NCBI RefSeq assembly: GCF_006345805.1
Contig: NC_042998.1
Span: 56,110,001 to 56,174,000 of the forward strand
Direction of reading: 5' to 3'
Length of the DNA stretch: 64,000 nucleotides
From: Octopus sinensis
Taxonomy: Eukaryota
Each line of letters starts with the position of its first letter. Positions within the stretch are counted from its first letter, which is position 1. The position numbers and the translations under genes were made by a program. Below are positions 15,231-27,772 of the stretch, piece after piece. The notes beneath the pieces are model-generated. The model made no database searches and had not been told where the DNA came from. It saw only the letters and a list, made by a program, of their open reading frames with translations.

Positions 15231-16266
15231 AAAAAGTTTGCTTCTCAACCACATGATCTTGACTTCAATCCCACTGTGTGGCACCTTTGAGCAAGTGTCT
15301 TCTTTGGAAACTGAAAGAAGTCTGTCTTATATGCATGTACATGCTTATGTCTCTTTGTGTTGACATTGATCAATAGTTTTAAGTGAATGTGACTGTCACA
15401 CAAGTGACATCATTCATCTCCAATATTCTATGGGAATATATCTGACCATGGGGAAATATCAACTTGCTTGGAAACAATTAAGGGCTAGTGACAGAAAAGG
15501 CACCACCCCATAAAAAATCTACCTGAATGAATAATGCCTAATCCATGCATGATGATGATGAATCTACCCCCAATTCCCTGGTAAGAAAGCAATTTTGCAC
15601 CCAATACTCTCATTTTTGTCCTTGCTGGACTACACCCCACTTCCTCTAAAGACTGCCTCATCAATGCCATCAGTCTCATCTACCTCACATTATCTTCTTT
15701 CTCTGTTCCTCACTTATCTCTCTTTCTCTCCCCTCACCTCCTTACTACATGATCCGTCCATCACTTCATATCTACATATCCCTTTGTCTCATACATTCTT
15801 CATTCCACCCCTTCATTCCTCTTTTTAAAGAAGTGCATCTAGTCCATATCATAGAGTGGTTGATTATAGGAAGAGTATCTAGCTAAATTCATGAACACTC
15901 CGATGCAATGATATGTGTGTGTGTGTGTATGTACATATATGTTTAATCTGAGGAATAGATATAATCAATTTCATGATTTAATTTTGCATTAGTGAATGGT
16001 TATATTTTACTAATTATGTGTCTGATTTTTGTTTTATTTGTTTTATGTAAGTATTTACCATTTAAAGTTTATAATGAAGTAGCCCAACTAATCTTCTTTA
16101 TTAACACACACAAAAAAAGAAAAACTCATTCTAACCTGCATCTGACTTTTTTCAGATACTAATTTTAATCATTATTGAAATTTCATACATTGATTTTAGA
16201 ATTTGTTTCGATTGTTTAATATTACTCAATTTTGACTTTGTGTGTGTGTGTGTCTCTCTCTCTCTC

Positions 16267-16357
<91 letters not shown>

Positions 16358-16362
16358 CTCTT

Positions 16363-16393
<31 letters not shown>

Positions 16394-16690
16394 CTATCTC
16401 TCTCTCAATTTGAAATAAAACTCAGAAATTTTTTTTGCATATTAAGTTTGATAACTTTTTTAACGGTTATGTATATCCCAGATATACTTACATCCATTTT
16501 GTTATTTTATTAAACTTTCTTTTATCATAAATAGTTTAAACTGTAACTTTACAAATTTATTAACAAAGAAAATATCGATTTAAATATGTAATGCTGTGAA
16601 CAAAATATATAACAGAATATTGAATCTAGTATGTAACAATAAAAAAGAAAAAGCATTCAAATGATTAAGTTACTATTTTCATCCTCACAG

Positions 16691-16786
16691 GGTCCTCCTG
16701 GTCCAGCAGGTATCCCTGGATTTGCTAAAGATGGTGCTCCAGTATGTGCTTGCTCTAAAGGAGAAAAAGGAGACCAGGGCAAGCCT
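16691..16786 (+). CDS. MACIT-type collagen exon with triple-helix interruption (GPPGPAGIPGFAKDGAPVCACSKGEKGDQGKP)
   Basis: ctcacag|GGT...CCT|gtatgt; 96 nt, phase 0-0; Gly-X-Y broken by FAKD and VCACSK (CxC). Confidence 0.9.
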
Positions 16787-16979
16787 GTATGTAGATTTCC
16801 ACGCAATTTATAATTTTGTGTAATTGCTTGTTTTTATGTGCTAATTAACTGTTATTGGTGTAAGAGTCAATTTTGATTTTGTTCATCAATTTTACGTTAA
16901 TTTAAATATGAGTTGTACTGAAAGTAATGCTAAAATAGACATAGCTTTTTTTTATTTAGTGGTATACATCATTTAAATT

Positions 16980-18070
16980 ACACTTGTTGGTAGAGTAACT
17001 CTTCCTCTATAGTAAGTCTTATTTCTGTTCTTCATTGCTGGCAAATAATGGATTCTAAGCAGAAGCAACCTGTTATCATTAGTTGTTGATGAAGGAGGGG
17101 TGCAGGCTCTCCAACCTCCACAGAATGTTACAGGTTGTATACAGAGATGGTGCTGTTGACAAAAACAAAGTACATAGATGGACAAAGTTTAAAGAAAAGG
17201 AATATGCAGTGTGAGAATATCAGCTGCAGTCACTGACATGAATTGCTGGTGAGTGGAAATATTGATTTGAGCTAAAAGACAAGTCACAATCTGTGAACTT
17301 GAGGCACGACCCTGGGTTGAATCTACAATGCATTATAGAAGATGATGGAAGACTTTGGATGTTGGAAAGAGTGTGTGAAGTAGGCATCTTGGCTGTTGAC
17401 AGTTTGAAGGAGAGAACAATGAAAAGTCTACCTTGATCTGCTGAAAGTGTTGGAATCCAATGTAGCTTTTTTTTCTGATCTTATGACAGGGGATGAAACA
17501 TGGACATATCCTTATAATCTGGAAACAAAGGCTCATTCCATGGTATGGTATCAAGTCTCTTCTCCTAAGAAGTTAAAAGAGCCAGTGACCAAAGCAGAAA
17601 GTCACTGTGGCTGTATTTTGGAATGACACAATCATCCTCCTTGATTTTTTGAAATGTGGATGTACCAAGAACAATGCATTAAGACACTTCAAAACGCTTA
17701 GAGCAACCATTAAAAAGAAGAGACCAAATATGAATCTGAAAATTATCCACGTTCAGCATGGAAATGCATAACCACACACATCTTAACAATAAATCAGGCA
17801 GTCAGCAAAGTAATCCACCATGCAGCCCTGACCTGGTAGTCTCCAACTTACACTTCTTTGATCTAATGAAGGATTATCTTCAGGGACAGTGCTTTGACAA
17901 CACAGATATGTTGAAAATGATGATGAAGTAAAGACTATGTCAATTAAGTAACACCTGTATGGAGGAAGAATTACCTTACTAACATGCACAATTTGAATGA
18001 CTTATATCAGTTGTTACAAAAGTTATTCCCAATTTTGCATTACTTTTGGTCCAACTCTTGTGTAAATGCA
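16980..18070 (+). mobile_element. degenerate mariner transposase remnant in a collagen intron
   Basis: MTGDETWTYPYNLETKAHSMVW at ~17485-17550; VAVFWND; PPCSPDLVVSNLHFFDLMKD at ~17815-17875. Confidence 0.8.
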
Positions 18071-19236
18071 TAGTACCTTAATATCCTTATTTTCAAACAT
18101 ATTAACTATTTGTTATTCCTAATCAATATACCATTCTTCTTAAATGCATTTCTACTACTTATCAAAATCATTTTGTTGGAATTCAATATCAATCAAGTAA
18201 TTTCTTTCCAGTGTTCCCTCATTTATTGCATGTACTCATTTTCATGTGATGTGCATGTCTAATAATCAGAATTAAGCTGTCATATTCTCAAGAAATAATT
18301 TGATTACAATCTAGTAATTTAGAGTACACTCTAGTAATTTAGAGAACTGCCTATCTCAGAGTAATATTTAATCTCTGTGAACATGAAAGAAATTACTAAA
18401 AATCAAAAATAAATTTCTTATACAACACCTTGCCATACATAAAATTTGCTTCTAGCAATGCTACACCAAACTTAGTCACTGCCTATGAATTGACAGAAAC
18501 TTTGTTGGATCTAACCTAATTTTAGAGATATGCTGAAACATTAAACACAGTTTAGTAAAAGTATATTTACTACTGTTAAACATATCCATTATTTTTTAAA
18601 ACAATTCTTACTAGTTTCTTGTTTTAATATTTCTACATCATTAACATTTAACTTATACATAAAGCTAACAATTTGAGTTAAAAACTGGAAGTAGTTTATT
18701 AATCTACTATTAATCTCTATATTCTACTTGTAATGAGATCAATATTAATAGTATAAATTTGGAAATAATGGTAATTGAAGTATTTAAATATAATTCCATT
18801 TGATTTACTGTCCTTTTTCTTTGCCACTAAAGACTATTTAAATATGATTTAATAAAATAATAATTGTTCAACTGCAAGAACAGAGCTTTTTCTAAAATAT
18901 ATAGGTTCCTTGCTACATACAACAATATAAAAAAATACATTATATTCATTTAATTAAGACAGTGGATAGCAAAATTCTTAGAGCAGTATTTAGTTACATC
19001 GCTTTACATTTTCAATTCAAAATTCCATCAAGGTCAACTTCACTTTTCATCCTTCTAGGATTGATAAAATAAGGGCCATTCAGGCACTAGAATTGATTTA
19101 ATCAACTGCATTCATACCCACCAAGTTTGTGGCCTTGTATTATACTAGAAATTAATATTCATTTAATTAAAAGGAAGACATTATATAATATTTATAATAT
19201 GGATTGTAATATTTTCTTTTTCATTCTTTATTGCAG

Positions 19237-19272
19237 GGAATAAATGGACTCAATGGCCCTCTGGGATTACGA
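19237..19272 (+). CDS. MACIT-type collagen exon (GINGLNGPLGLR)
   Basis: tttattgcag|GGA...CGA|gtaaga; 36 nt, phase 0-0. Confidence 0.9.
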
Positions 19273-19888
19273 GTAAGAAAATTTCATGTTATAACTAATT
19301 GTTTTCTATTATGCAATTAAGTGATCAGATTGGTCTTCATATAACCTCTACAACTGAGGCCACATATTGTGAAATTGTTACCTCATTTCTATACTCAAAT
19401 TAGTTGCACTTTACATTTTGTTTTATTTGTGAAACTCAAGACATCCATCTCTAAAATCCATCCTACAATAAAATTATTGTTGATAAAGTTCTCACATTTT
19501 CATTCCTTTTTGTTTGCTTTCTTCACACAAACACACACTCACATCTCTGTCAGTGTGTGTGTGTGTGTGTTTCTGTTGATAAATAGACAACCATACAGAT
19601 ATGAAAGAAACTCTGTTCAAAATTGTAAACATATTTTCCAGTCATCTTTTTTTTTCTATTCATCTTCTATTACAATAGGTATGACAGTTATTTTCTAAAA
19701 TAAAGCAAAATAGGTAGTAAAGTATCTAAGAAATTCATATATCTTTATTTTATAATAATGAAGAATTTCTTTTGTTGCAAAAGATGTAGAATGTGTGTAT
19801 ATGCCAAAGGAAGTTATTTTATGGCATTCTTTCATTTGAAGCAGGAAAGTTGTCAACTTGGTCATATGGGATCATATGATTGTTCATT

Positions 19889-20650
19889 AATTTCCGTAAA
19901 AATCTTTTATTTCTTTATGCTTTGAAGAGAGGAGAAAGTGAAAAGGCAACATTTGCTTTGAAGTGAGAGCAGAAAGTGAAGGATGTATGTGTATATGAAA
20001 TTGATGTGTGTGTGTGAGAGAGAGAGAGAATGAGTAAAGGTGTGTGTTGTCATGTATGTATTTTTTGTATGTATGTGTGACATTCTCTCGTTCTCTCTCC
20101 CTCTTTCTCTCTCACACACACTATCTTTCATATGCATATACATAAATACATATGCATACATCTTTTTTGTATGTATGTGTGCATGTGCATGTGAGAGAGA
20201 AAGTGAGTAGCTGTATATCCTCATAACATATAGAGAAATGGATGTCTTTTAAAGTAGGCACTCGTAGAAAATGCAATGTCATCATTGTCATGGAATAAAA
20301 TGTCATTTAGGATAGTTGAATTATAGAAAGATTATAATGTTAAATTTGTGTAATGCAAATATGTAAATGAAAATAAAGTTTATTTGTTAGCCAAAAGATT
20401 ACTGAATCTTTTGATACCCCATATGTCAAAATCAGCAACTCAGTTTTCGAATGTATTTGTTAATTTCCGTAAAAAAATTTATTTCTTTATGATTTGAAGA
20501 GAGCAGAAATTGAAAGAGAAGAGAAAGTGAAAGATATATGGACGTGTGTGTGTGTGTGCGCGCACGCGCGAGCGTGCGTGAGAGAGGGAGAAGAGAGAGA
20601 GAAAGTGAATGAAAGTGTGTGTTACCATGTATGTGTAATTGGCACTCACT

Positions 20651-20688
<38 letters not shown>

Positions 20689-20946
20689 TATGCATGCACA
20701 CATCTGACAGATACACATACATAAATACAAATGCATACATCTTTTTTTTTGTGTATATGTGTGTGTGCAATTTGAGAGAGAGAGAGAGAATGGATGACTG
20801 TATTTCGTCATAACATATAGAGAAATGGATGTCGTTTAAGGTACATACTCATATAGAAAATGTGATGTTGTCGTTGTCATGGTATAAAATGTTTACAATA
20901 GTTGACTTATAGAAAAGATTATAATGTAAAATTTGTATAATGCAAC
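19889..20946. repeat. tandem duplication, unit ~0.47-0.49 kb (19889-20357 and 20461-20946)
   Basis: taatttccgtaaaaa...catcttttttgt...taacatatagagaaatggatgtc...gattataatgt shared in order. Confidence 0.85.
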
Positions 20947-21152
20947 ACTTTTACACCCCTCTCATTTTATCATGTAATAGCCCAACCCCTGTAGTTGGCC
21001 CATTATTGAATTTTATTGAAATTCAATTAGCCTATAATTGAACTGGGTATTAGTTCAACATGTATACAAAGTTTGGTGAAGATTGGTTCTCTGGTTTGGG
21101 CAGCAAGATTGTAACAGACAGACAGACAGAAATTACCATTTATATATAAGAT
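20945..21152 (+). mobile_element. DINE-1/Helentron-like non-autonomous element end
   Basis: caaagtttggtgaagattggtt...gtaacagacagacagacagaaattaccatttatatataagat architecture. Confidence 0.45.
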
Positions 21153-21630
21153 TTAGTTTGGTTTACTTATTTGTTGTAAATGCTGCTTTTAGTCTGTCTT
21201 TTGCTTACGTGTTCTGTATTGTTCTCTCATTCATGATTCAACAAAGGTAACCAAAAATATTTTGCTTTTTGACATATATTTTGTATTTAATTTATGAATG
21301 TTATTTCAGTCACTCATTTTCAATTGGTTTCATGTATACAATAAACATTTCACAGTGAAATTGAATCAGTGAGTGTGTTAGATATTGAGACAGTATGACT
21401 CTCCCAAGACACAACAAAATTTCACAATTTATATCTATTTAAAGAAAAAAATAGACTTTCTATATTCATATTCAATATTACCCTTAATCAAAAATAATCT
21501 ACAATATTCCATTTATAACTGAGCATAGTAGAGCAATAATATGTGGTGTTCTTTAATTAAGAAATTGTGTTGGAAAAAATCAATATCTTTTCTCTGAAAT
21601 TTACCAAAAATTGTATATTTGTACTCTCAG

Positions 21631-21684
21631 GGACCCGCTGGACCTAAAGGGGTTAAAGGTGATGTAGGTGCAACAGGACCACGT
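21631..21684 (+). CDS. MACIT-type collagen exon (GPAGPKGVKGDVGATGPR)
   Basis: actctcag|GGA...CGT|gtaagt; canonical 54-nt collagen exon. Confidence 0.93.
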
Positions 21685-22663
21685 GTAAGTCACTTTTTTA
21701 TGCTCAACCAACTAATATCTGTCGTGAATACTTTAAACTATTGTTTAAAGCATTTTAAACTATTGTTTGGTTACTTACAACATATATTACAACAATTTTG
21801 TATGCTCTTTTTTTATTACCTTTGTTTTAACTTTTGCTTGGTTTACTTTAAATTATGGTGATCTTAGTTTAAATAAGAAAAGTGTATACTTTGTTGTATG
21901 TAGAGTAATAGAATGTCAGCAGCAATTTCAACAATAAAGATGTATTACCAAAGAGAAAAAAAACCTTTTGTTCTATTTAGAAAGTTATTGAAGAGTAACT
22001 GGATGGGATTTCTCATGATAATAACCAGCCTCATTATTAGCATTGGCAATTTTGTGGTCAATCTTTTCTCCAATTTAAAACATAAATATTAAGTAAAAAA
22101 AAAAGGTTGTTAGCCAACAAATCTCTACAATTATACTGAATCCTTGTTGAACTTTACCTAACGTTATTGTGGTTGTAGGATTAAAATACTAAACTACTGA
22201 TCAAAATCTTGCTACAGCCAGTATGTTGAATTCCTTCCTAGCAAGATACGAAATTTTTGCTTCCCTGAACAACAAAAGGATATTCCAGTCTTCATGTTTG
22301 ATGGTAACAAGTGCATCCAGCTATTAAATAATTTATCTTATTCCAAGCAAACTAGTACTTAAACATGATGGAAGATTGTGTTAAAAGTGAATAATGCTGA
22401 AACTAGCTTTGCACTAATAAATACCAATTGAGTAGTTTAAAAAATTATGAAGAATAAAACTAAAATACAAAGAAAAAACTTTATCAAATAATTATCTTCT
22501 TATTTCATTTAAATTTGAAACATGAATTTTAAATTGTTCAATTGATATTGATAATGAAATAAAGATAAGATTGATAACAATATGGAGAACTGTATTAATA
22601 TCAAAACCTTTATGCATTAACCATTTCAAATAGTTTAACAATTTGGTGGAACTCTTTTTTCAG

Positions 22664-22717
22664 GGACCAAAAGGTAAAAGAGGCAGGCGTGGTGGAAAAG
22701 GAGAAAAAGGAGACCAG
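22664..22717 (+). CDS. MACIT-type collagen exon (GPKGKRGRRGGKGEKGDQ)
   Basis: ttttttcag|GGA...CAG|gttagt; 54 nt; basic KRGRRG cluster like the KRGKRGRRG of vertebrate collagen XXV. Confidence 0.92.
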
Positions 22718-23269
22718 GTTAGTAGGTTCTATTTTATTAAATATTAATACTAGTAGGTTTATCTTGACGCATAAATTACACTCAATGCATTCATTTAAAC
22801 ATATCATGCACTTATGCACTTTTAAAGCTAACTTAAACTTTTTTCCCAAAAATTTACAATATTATACTAAAAATCTTATTAGGCTTTGAGATTTATAATG
22901 TTTGTGTGTGGTACAAACGTTTTATTTTTGTTTTTATTTTCATCCCTTTTACCCACTTCATTCTAACTCTTTTATATTCTAAAATTTACCATAACTTGGT
23001 TGCTGGTACTATATACTTAGTTTGATATAATAAATATAACAACTAAAAAAATTAAATATATATAAATAAAATATGTTCAGTGAATTTAAGCCATATGGTT
23101 TCATGGAATTTAACTCGCTAGTTTAGGATAAACTTATCTAATGTTTTAAGAATTAGCAATTAGTTTATTTAGAGTTTTATAGAAATAAGGGTTCCAACCA
23201 GGCTATGGTATAAGGAGTATCTAAGTGATGGCTGCTTATTATACTGCCTACCAATAATCAATCCTACAG

Positions 23270-23353
23270 GGGATTCCTGGCTTAGATGCTCCATGTCCTG
23301 TTGGACCAGATGGCTTACCTTTACCAGGTTGTGGGTCACATCATCCAGCACAG
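23270..23353 (+). CDS. MACIT-type collagen (COL13/23/25, COL-99-like) C-terminal non-collagenous exon ([28 protein letters not shown])
   Basis: cctacag|GGG...CAG|gtaaac; 84 nt; GLDAPCPxGxDGLPxPGC is the diagnostic C-terminal motif of collagens XIII/XXIII/XXV. Confidence 0.92.
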
Positions 23354-23422
23354 GTAAACTGTTTTCGCATGTTTCTTGCATGGATGGTAGCAGCATGTGC
23401 ATGTTTATTGATAGTCTTCCAG

Positions 23423-23468
23423 CATAGACATACTTGTCTATTTGGTCCTACTGGTCTGCCACGCCCTG
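23423..23468 (+). CDS. candidate extra collagen exon ([16 protein letters not shown]), second degenerate copy of the C-x-x-G-P-x-G-L-P-x-P-G motif
   Basis: gtcttccag|CAT AGA... in frame with the previous exon after a 69-nt intron; donor CTG|gtaatg (phase 1) or CAA|gtttca at 23485 (phase 0). Confidence 0.55.
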
Positions 23469-26090
23469 GTAATGGAACCTTCCAAGTTTCAACATTCAGC
23501 TTACCATCAGCATTTTCTAAACAGAAAATATATACATCAAACTTATTTTGTTAGACTGAAAGTTATTTACTTAACATTTCATAAGTCACATAATACGTTT
23601 TAATTATAATCATTATAGATATATTAAAAGAAATATAATAAGAAAAGATTTATTTCTTTGTTCTTTAAAAAAATTATAAGATATTGGATTAATATCTCAT
23701 AATCAAATAAATTAAATAACTGATTTTATTTGTTTGTAATATCAGTAATATAACTGTATTTACTTGAGTCTAAAAAAATCTAGATGATAATAAATATATT
23801 TCAACATTTAATTTGCTATTTTTTCAATTCATTTTAAATAAATTTTTATTAGCATATAAGCATCAAAATAACATTTTTAACATAACATCAGTTTAATGAT
23901 AGACTATTCCATCTGTAAATGTAATATTTAAAAGCTTCTTGACTATCTCAATTATGATAAAAGAATTTGTGTGCCATTTGTGCGCACGTGTATTAAACAA
24001 ATCAGATGTAATTATTTTAAAGTGTCTATCTAGTACTTTTTAGATAGATGGAGTTTTTAAATATTTATAAATATTTAGATTTGTCTTTTTCAAGCTACTA
24101 AACTTGTGCCTTTTGAATTTAATACAACTAATTTCAACAAAAATTAATTGTTAACAGCTTGATGTTAAATGCAAAATAAATTATTGTTATAAAATCTAGT
24201 AAACTCCATAAGGTAAGTACTAGCATGGCTGTCTTCTCATACATGATCAAAATGCTAATCTTGCTATAATCACATTACAAACACCTGAATTATTTGCACA
24301 TGCATACATCTTGAATTTAAACACAAGTTTTTCAACCTAAATTCCCAGCACACTAAGCACGTTACTCTGAAAATTAGTTTCAGTAATATATTTAATTGTT
24401 TCATTTATTGCTGTCATGACTGGCAAGATTTTTCAGCATAGAATCAATTTTTATCAAAGTTAAGAAGTCAAGTGAAAATAAAAACTACTCTTCTATTAAA
24501 GTATATTCATTTCATTTGCTAATAATTTCATAAAATTGTCATTTCATATGATTACGTTGATTTCAGGAATTTCTGTTTGGGTTTTAGCTTCCTGACTCAC
24601 TTTTTATCTAACTACATACTCTCAGAATTTGAGACAGGAAGAAATGTGGTGGTCATTAGACCAATTCCTAGTGTTTCATATAATTTTTTTTTTTTTTAAT
24701 GTATAGTTCTGTGGCAAAAGTATCTACTGATACTTATATATTATGTGAAATATTTATTTATTTTATAAGAGGAACTTCATAGTTTTTCTTCTTTAGTATT
24801 TTTTATTAACTTCTTAATATTTATTGCTTGTATTATTGAAGAGCATGAATTTCACTCCTAAAAATCTGAGGATTCATCCTTATATTAGAGACAGTATACA
24901 TATATTAAAAAATGGCATGTAACTTTTACTTATGCAACTTTCAAACTATGCTTAATTTTTTTTTTTTTTTAATGGTTTTTCTATTTTTCATATTAACATA
25001 AATAACTCTGTAAATTTATTTGAATAAAGTGTTGCAGTATGAGTTTTGCTGCAGCAATTTAATAAAGTAGACTTGTCGTAGCTGTTTTTAGCTCAAGTGT
25101 CCTCAAACCTAAAAGCAAAATTAATTATCTAGTTCTTATGACGAGCATCTTTATCATTAACTTTTATATAGATCTATTATTATACTGTTGTAAGTTTGAA
25201 GTAACATAAAACCAAAATTTCATTTAAAAAAATATAATTGCTTTTATTTGTAATTTCTTGGTACCTACTTTTAAAGATAAGTGTGCTTCATTTTACTCTC
25301 TTGTGTAAGCATATTTCTTAATGGATATTTGAGATAATTTTTTATTAATAAATAAATGATATACCAATCAATGAGAAATCAGATTTATTATCACTATCAA
25401 TGAAGTTGAGCATGTTCAATCCAATACTGATGGATAGAATTTTGGTGTAAAAACTATGATGTGCTATAAAGAGTAAAATAGTTGAAATCTTCGGTTGTCA
25501 ACTTTATTAATAACAATATATGAATATTAGTTTTACATTCATGATAGCTGGTTTGGCATAATTTTTGCAGCCTGGAGCAAATATTTTTACATCCTAATAA
25601 TTTTTATATCAACTGCACAACTGAAAATAAATAGTATGAACAATACATGTCATCTCTCCTTATATATAACTGATGATAATAGAGATGATTTCTTTCTTCA
25701 TCAAAAAAGGCTATTCTTCATAAATCAAATAATTATTGCTAACTGAATCAATTCTAGTACATAGTAATGTATGATATATTGATTTCTGATGAAGGTTTGA
25801 GGCTGCTCATTTTAGTGGAAGGGAAAAGTTGATTAGATCAACCCCACTCAAACTTATTTTACTGATCCTAAAAGGCTGAAAGCCAGTCAGCCATGGCAAA
25901 ATTTGAATTCAGGACATAAAGAGATATAACTAAATACCATATGACACTCTCTTCATCACCCTGGTTGTGCTTATCTACTGCCCACTTATTGTATTAATAT
26001 ATGTATAACTAGAGGGTACAATGTTAATTTTCATTGTTTTATTCAAAGTCTAGAGTGCTGATCATAGCACAAGTCTGGCTATAACCTGAA

Positions 26091-26112
26091 TAGTAGTAGT
26101 AGTAGTAGTAGT

Positions 26113-26152
<40 letters not shown>

Positions 26153-26290
26153 CAGCAGCAGCAGCAGCAGTAGCAGCAGCAGTAGTAGTAGTAGTAGCAG
26201 TGGTGGCGGCGGTGGATGTTGTAGTAGTAGTGGTAGTAGTAATAGTAGTAGTAGTATTAGTAGTAGTAGTGGTGGTGGTGGTGGTGATGA
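26091..26290. repeat. compound trinucleotide microsatellite (TAG)n/(CAG)n/(GTG)n
   Basis: direct reading. Confidence 0.95.
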
Positions 26291-27679
26291 TAAGGGTTTC
26301 AAATTTTGTCACAAAGCCTGCAATTTCAAGGGGCAATGGCTAGTCAATTACATTGACCCCAGTACTTGACTGGCATTTTATTTTATCAACCCCAAAAGGA
26401 TGAACAGCAACGTTGACCAAGCCAGAAGAAATAAATGCTGCTTAGCATTTTTCTGTTGTGCCTACAATTCTTCTAGCTCAACACCTTGATGATAAATAAG
26501 CATGACATTTCCTATTTATAAATGAAAAGTTATGAAAACTTCAGTTTAAAACAATATAATCAAAAGAACAATTTCAATGAATGATAAAAATGTCCATTTA
26601 AATTACAATACTTAGTTTCCTTCATAGTCTTTTGTGTACATAAAAAATAAAGTTATTTTTATTATTAACTCTATTATCTTTTATGTGCATGGAAAAATAT
26701 ATGTCTGAAAAGGACAACTGCCAATAAATTTTCTGTATTTCTTAGGTCAGAGAAAATACACTATCAAGATAATGTAGTGTACTTACAATGGTATTTGCCG
26801 AAGTTTTATATTTTGTGAAGAATAAGTGACTAGAAGAAATTCTGAAGTGAAGAATGAATTGTTGCATGTTTGGTAAACACTCAGAAACATAAAAACAGGA
26901 TCTGTACAGACAGCATGCAGAATTACTCAAAGAATTACTAGAATTACTAGAATTCTCTTGATGTTGTTGAAACTATACTTTGTTGAAACTATACTTTGAG
27001 TAATAAGGAAGTATTTTCTCAATAAAAGCTTCTAAATCCAAAGTATATTACAAATGCTTGATGTATTTGTTACTATCATTTTTAGTTCTTGCATCATGTT
27101 TAATTTTTTTACAAACCTTATCACAAATAATTAATATCAGAACCCTATGAATTAGTTATCAGAATCTACTACAAATAATAATAATAATAAAGAGCAGGAG
27201 ACAATGTTATGAATATAATCAAGTTTCATTCTTGTTTGCGAAACTTGATTACATTTATTATATCATAAACATTACTTTAATTGTATATATGAATCTACAT
27301 ATATTGTCTACTCATCCAGTAAATAAAAAAAACTTTATATAGCCTACAGACAAAAAAAAAACCATCCAAAACTCTGTTGTCACTTTATTTCCATTATACT
27401 TATCCTTAATAAAAATATTTCCATAATAGTAAAGTTTCAAGACTCCAGGTTCTGAAAAACCAAAACAGAAACCATTACCTTATCCATCTATTAGCCAGTT
27501 ACTAAAAAAACCTTCAGAAAGGTTTTTTTAATTGATATTATGTACATATTCTATATTTATATTTAATTATAGTATATTATGATTATAGACATGTGCTGGA
27601 GTTAATAGTAACAAAAGTTTTAACATTTTTTTTTACAGTTTTTCATATATATGCTTGTGCTTCTTTTCATTCACTGCAG

Positions 27680-27772
27680 GTTTTTACCAGCTTAAATCCA
27701 TCAATGACTGCTGAACCAACTAAAATGACTTCTTCTAGTTCCATAAATGAGGAGAAACTTAGTAATGGCCCT
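27680..27772 (+). CDS. candidate downstream collagen exon (phase 0: VFTSLNPSMTAEPTKMTSSSSINEEKLSNGP; phase 1: G-FYQLKSINDC*)
   Basis: strong acceptor ttttcattcactgcag|; open 93 nt to cct|gtttgt in phase 0; less AT-rich than flanks. Confidence 0.4.

Noticed and set aside
25782-25830. CTGATGA as another hammerhead
   Set aside because: No properly placed GAAA-stem III-NUH; part of a SINE-derived region
26039-26336. Poly-Leu/Pro and poly-Thr/Ala ORFs
   Set aside because: Trinucleotide microsatellite with no splice or domain support
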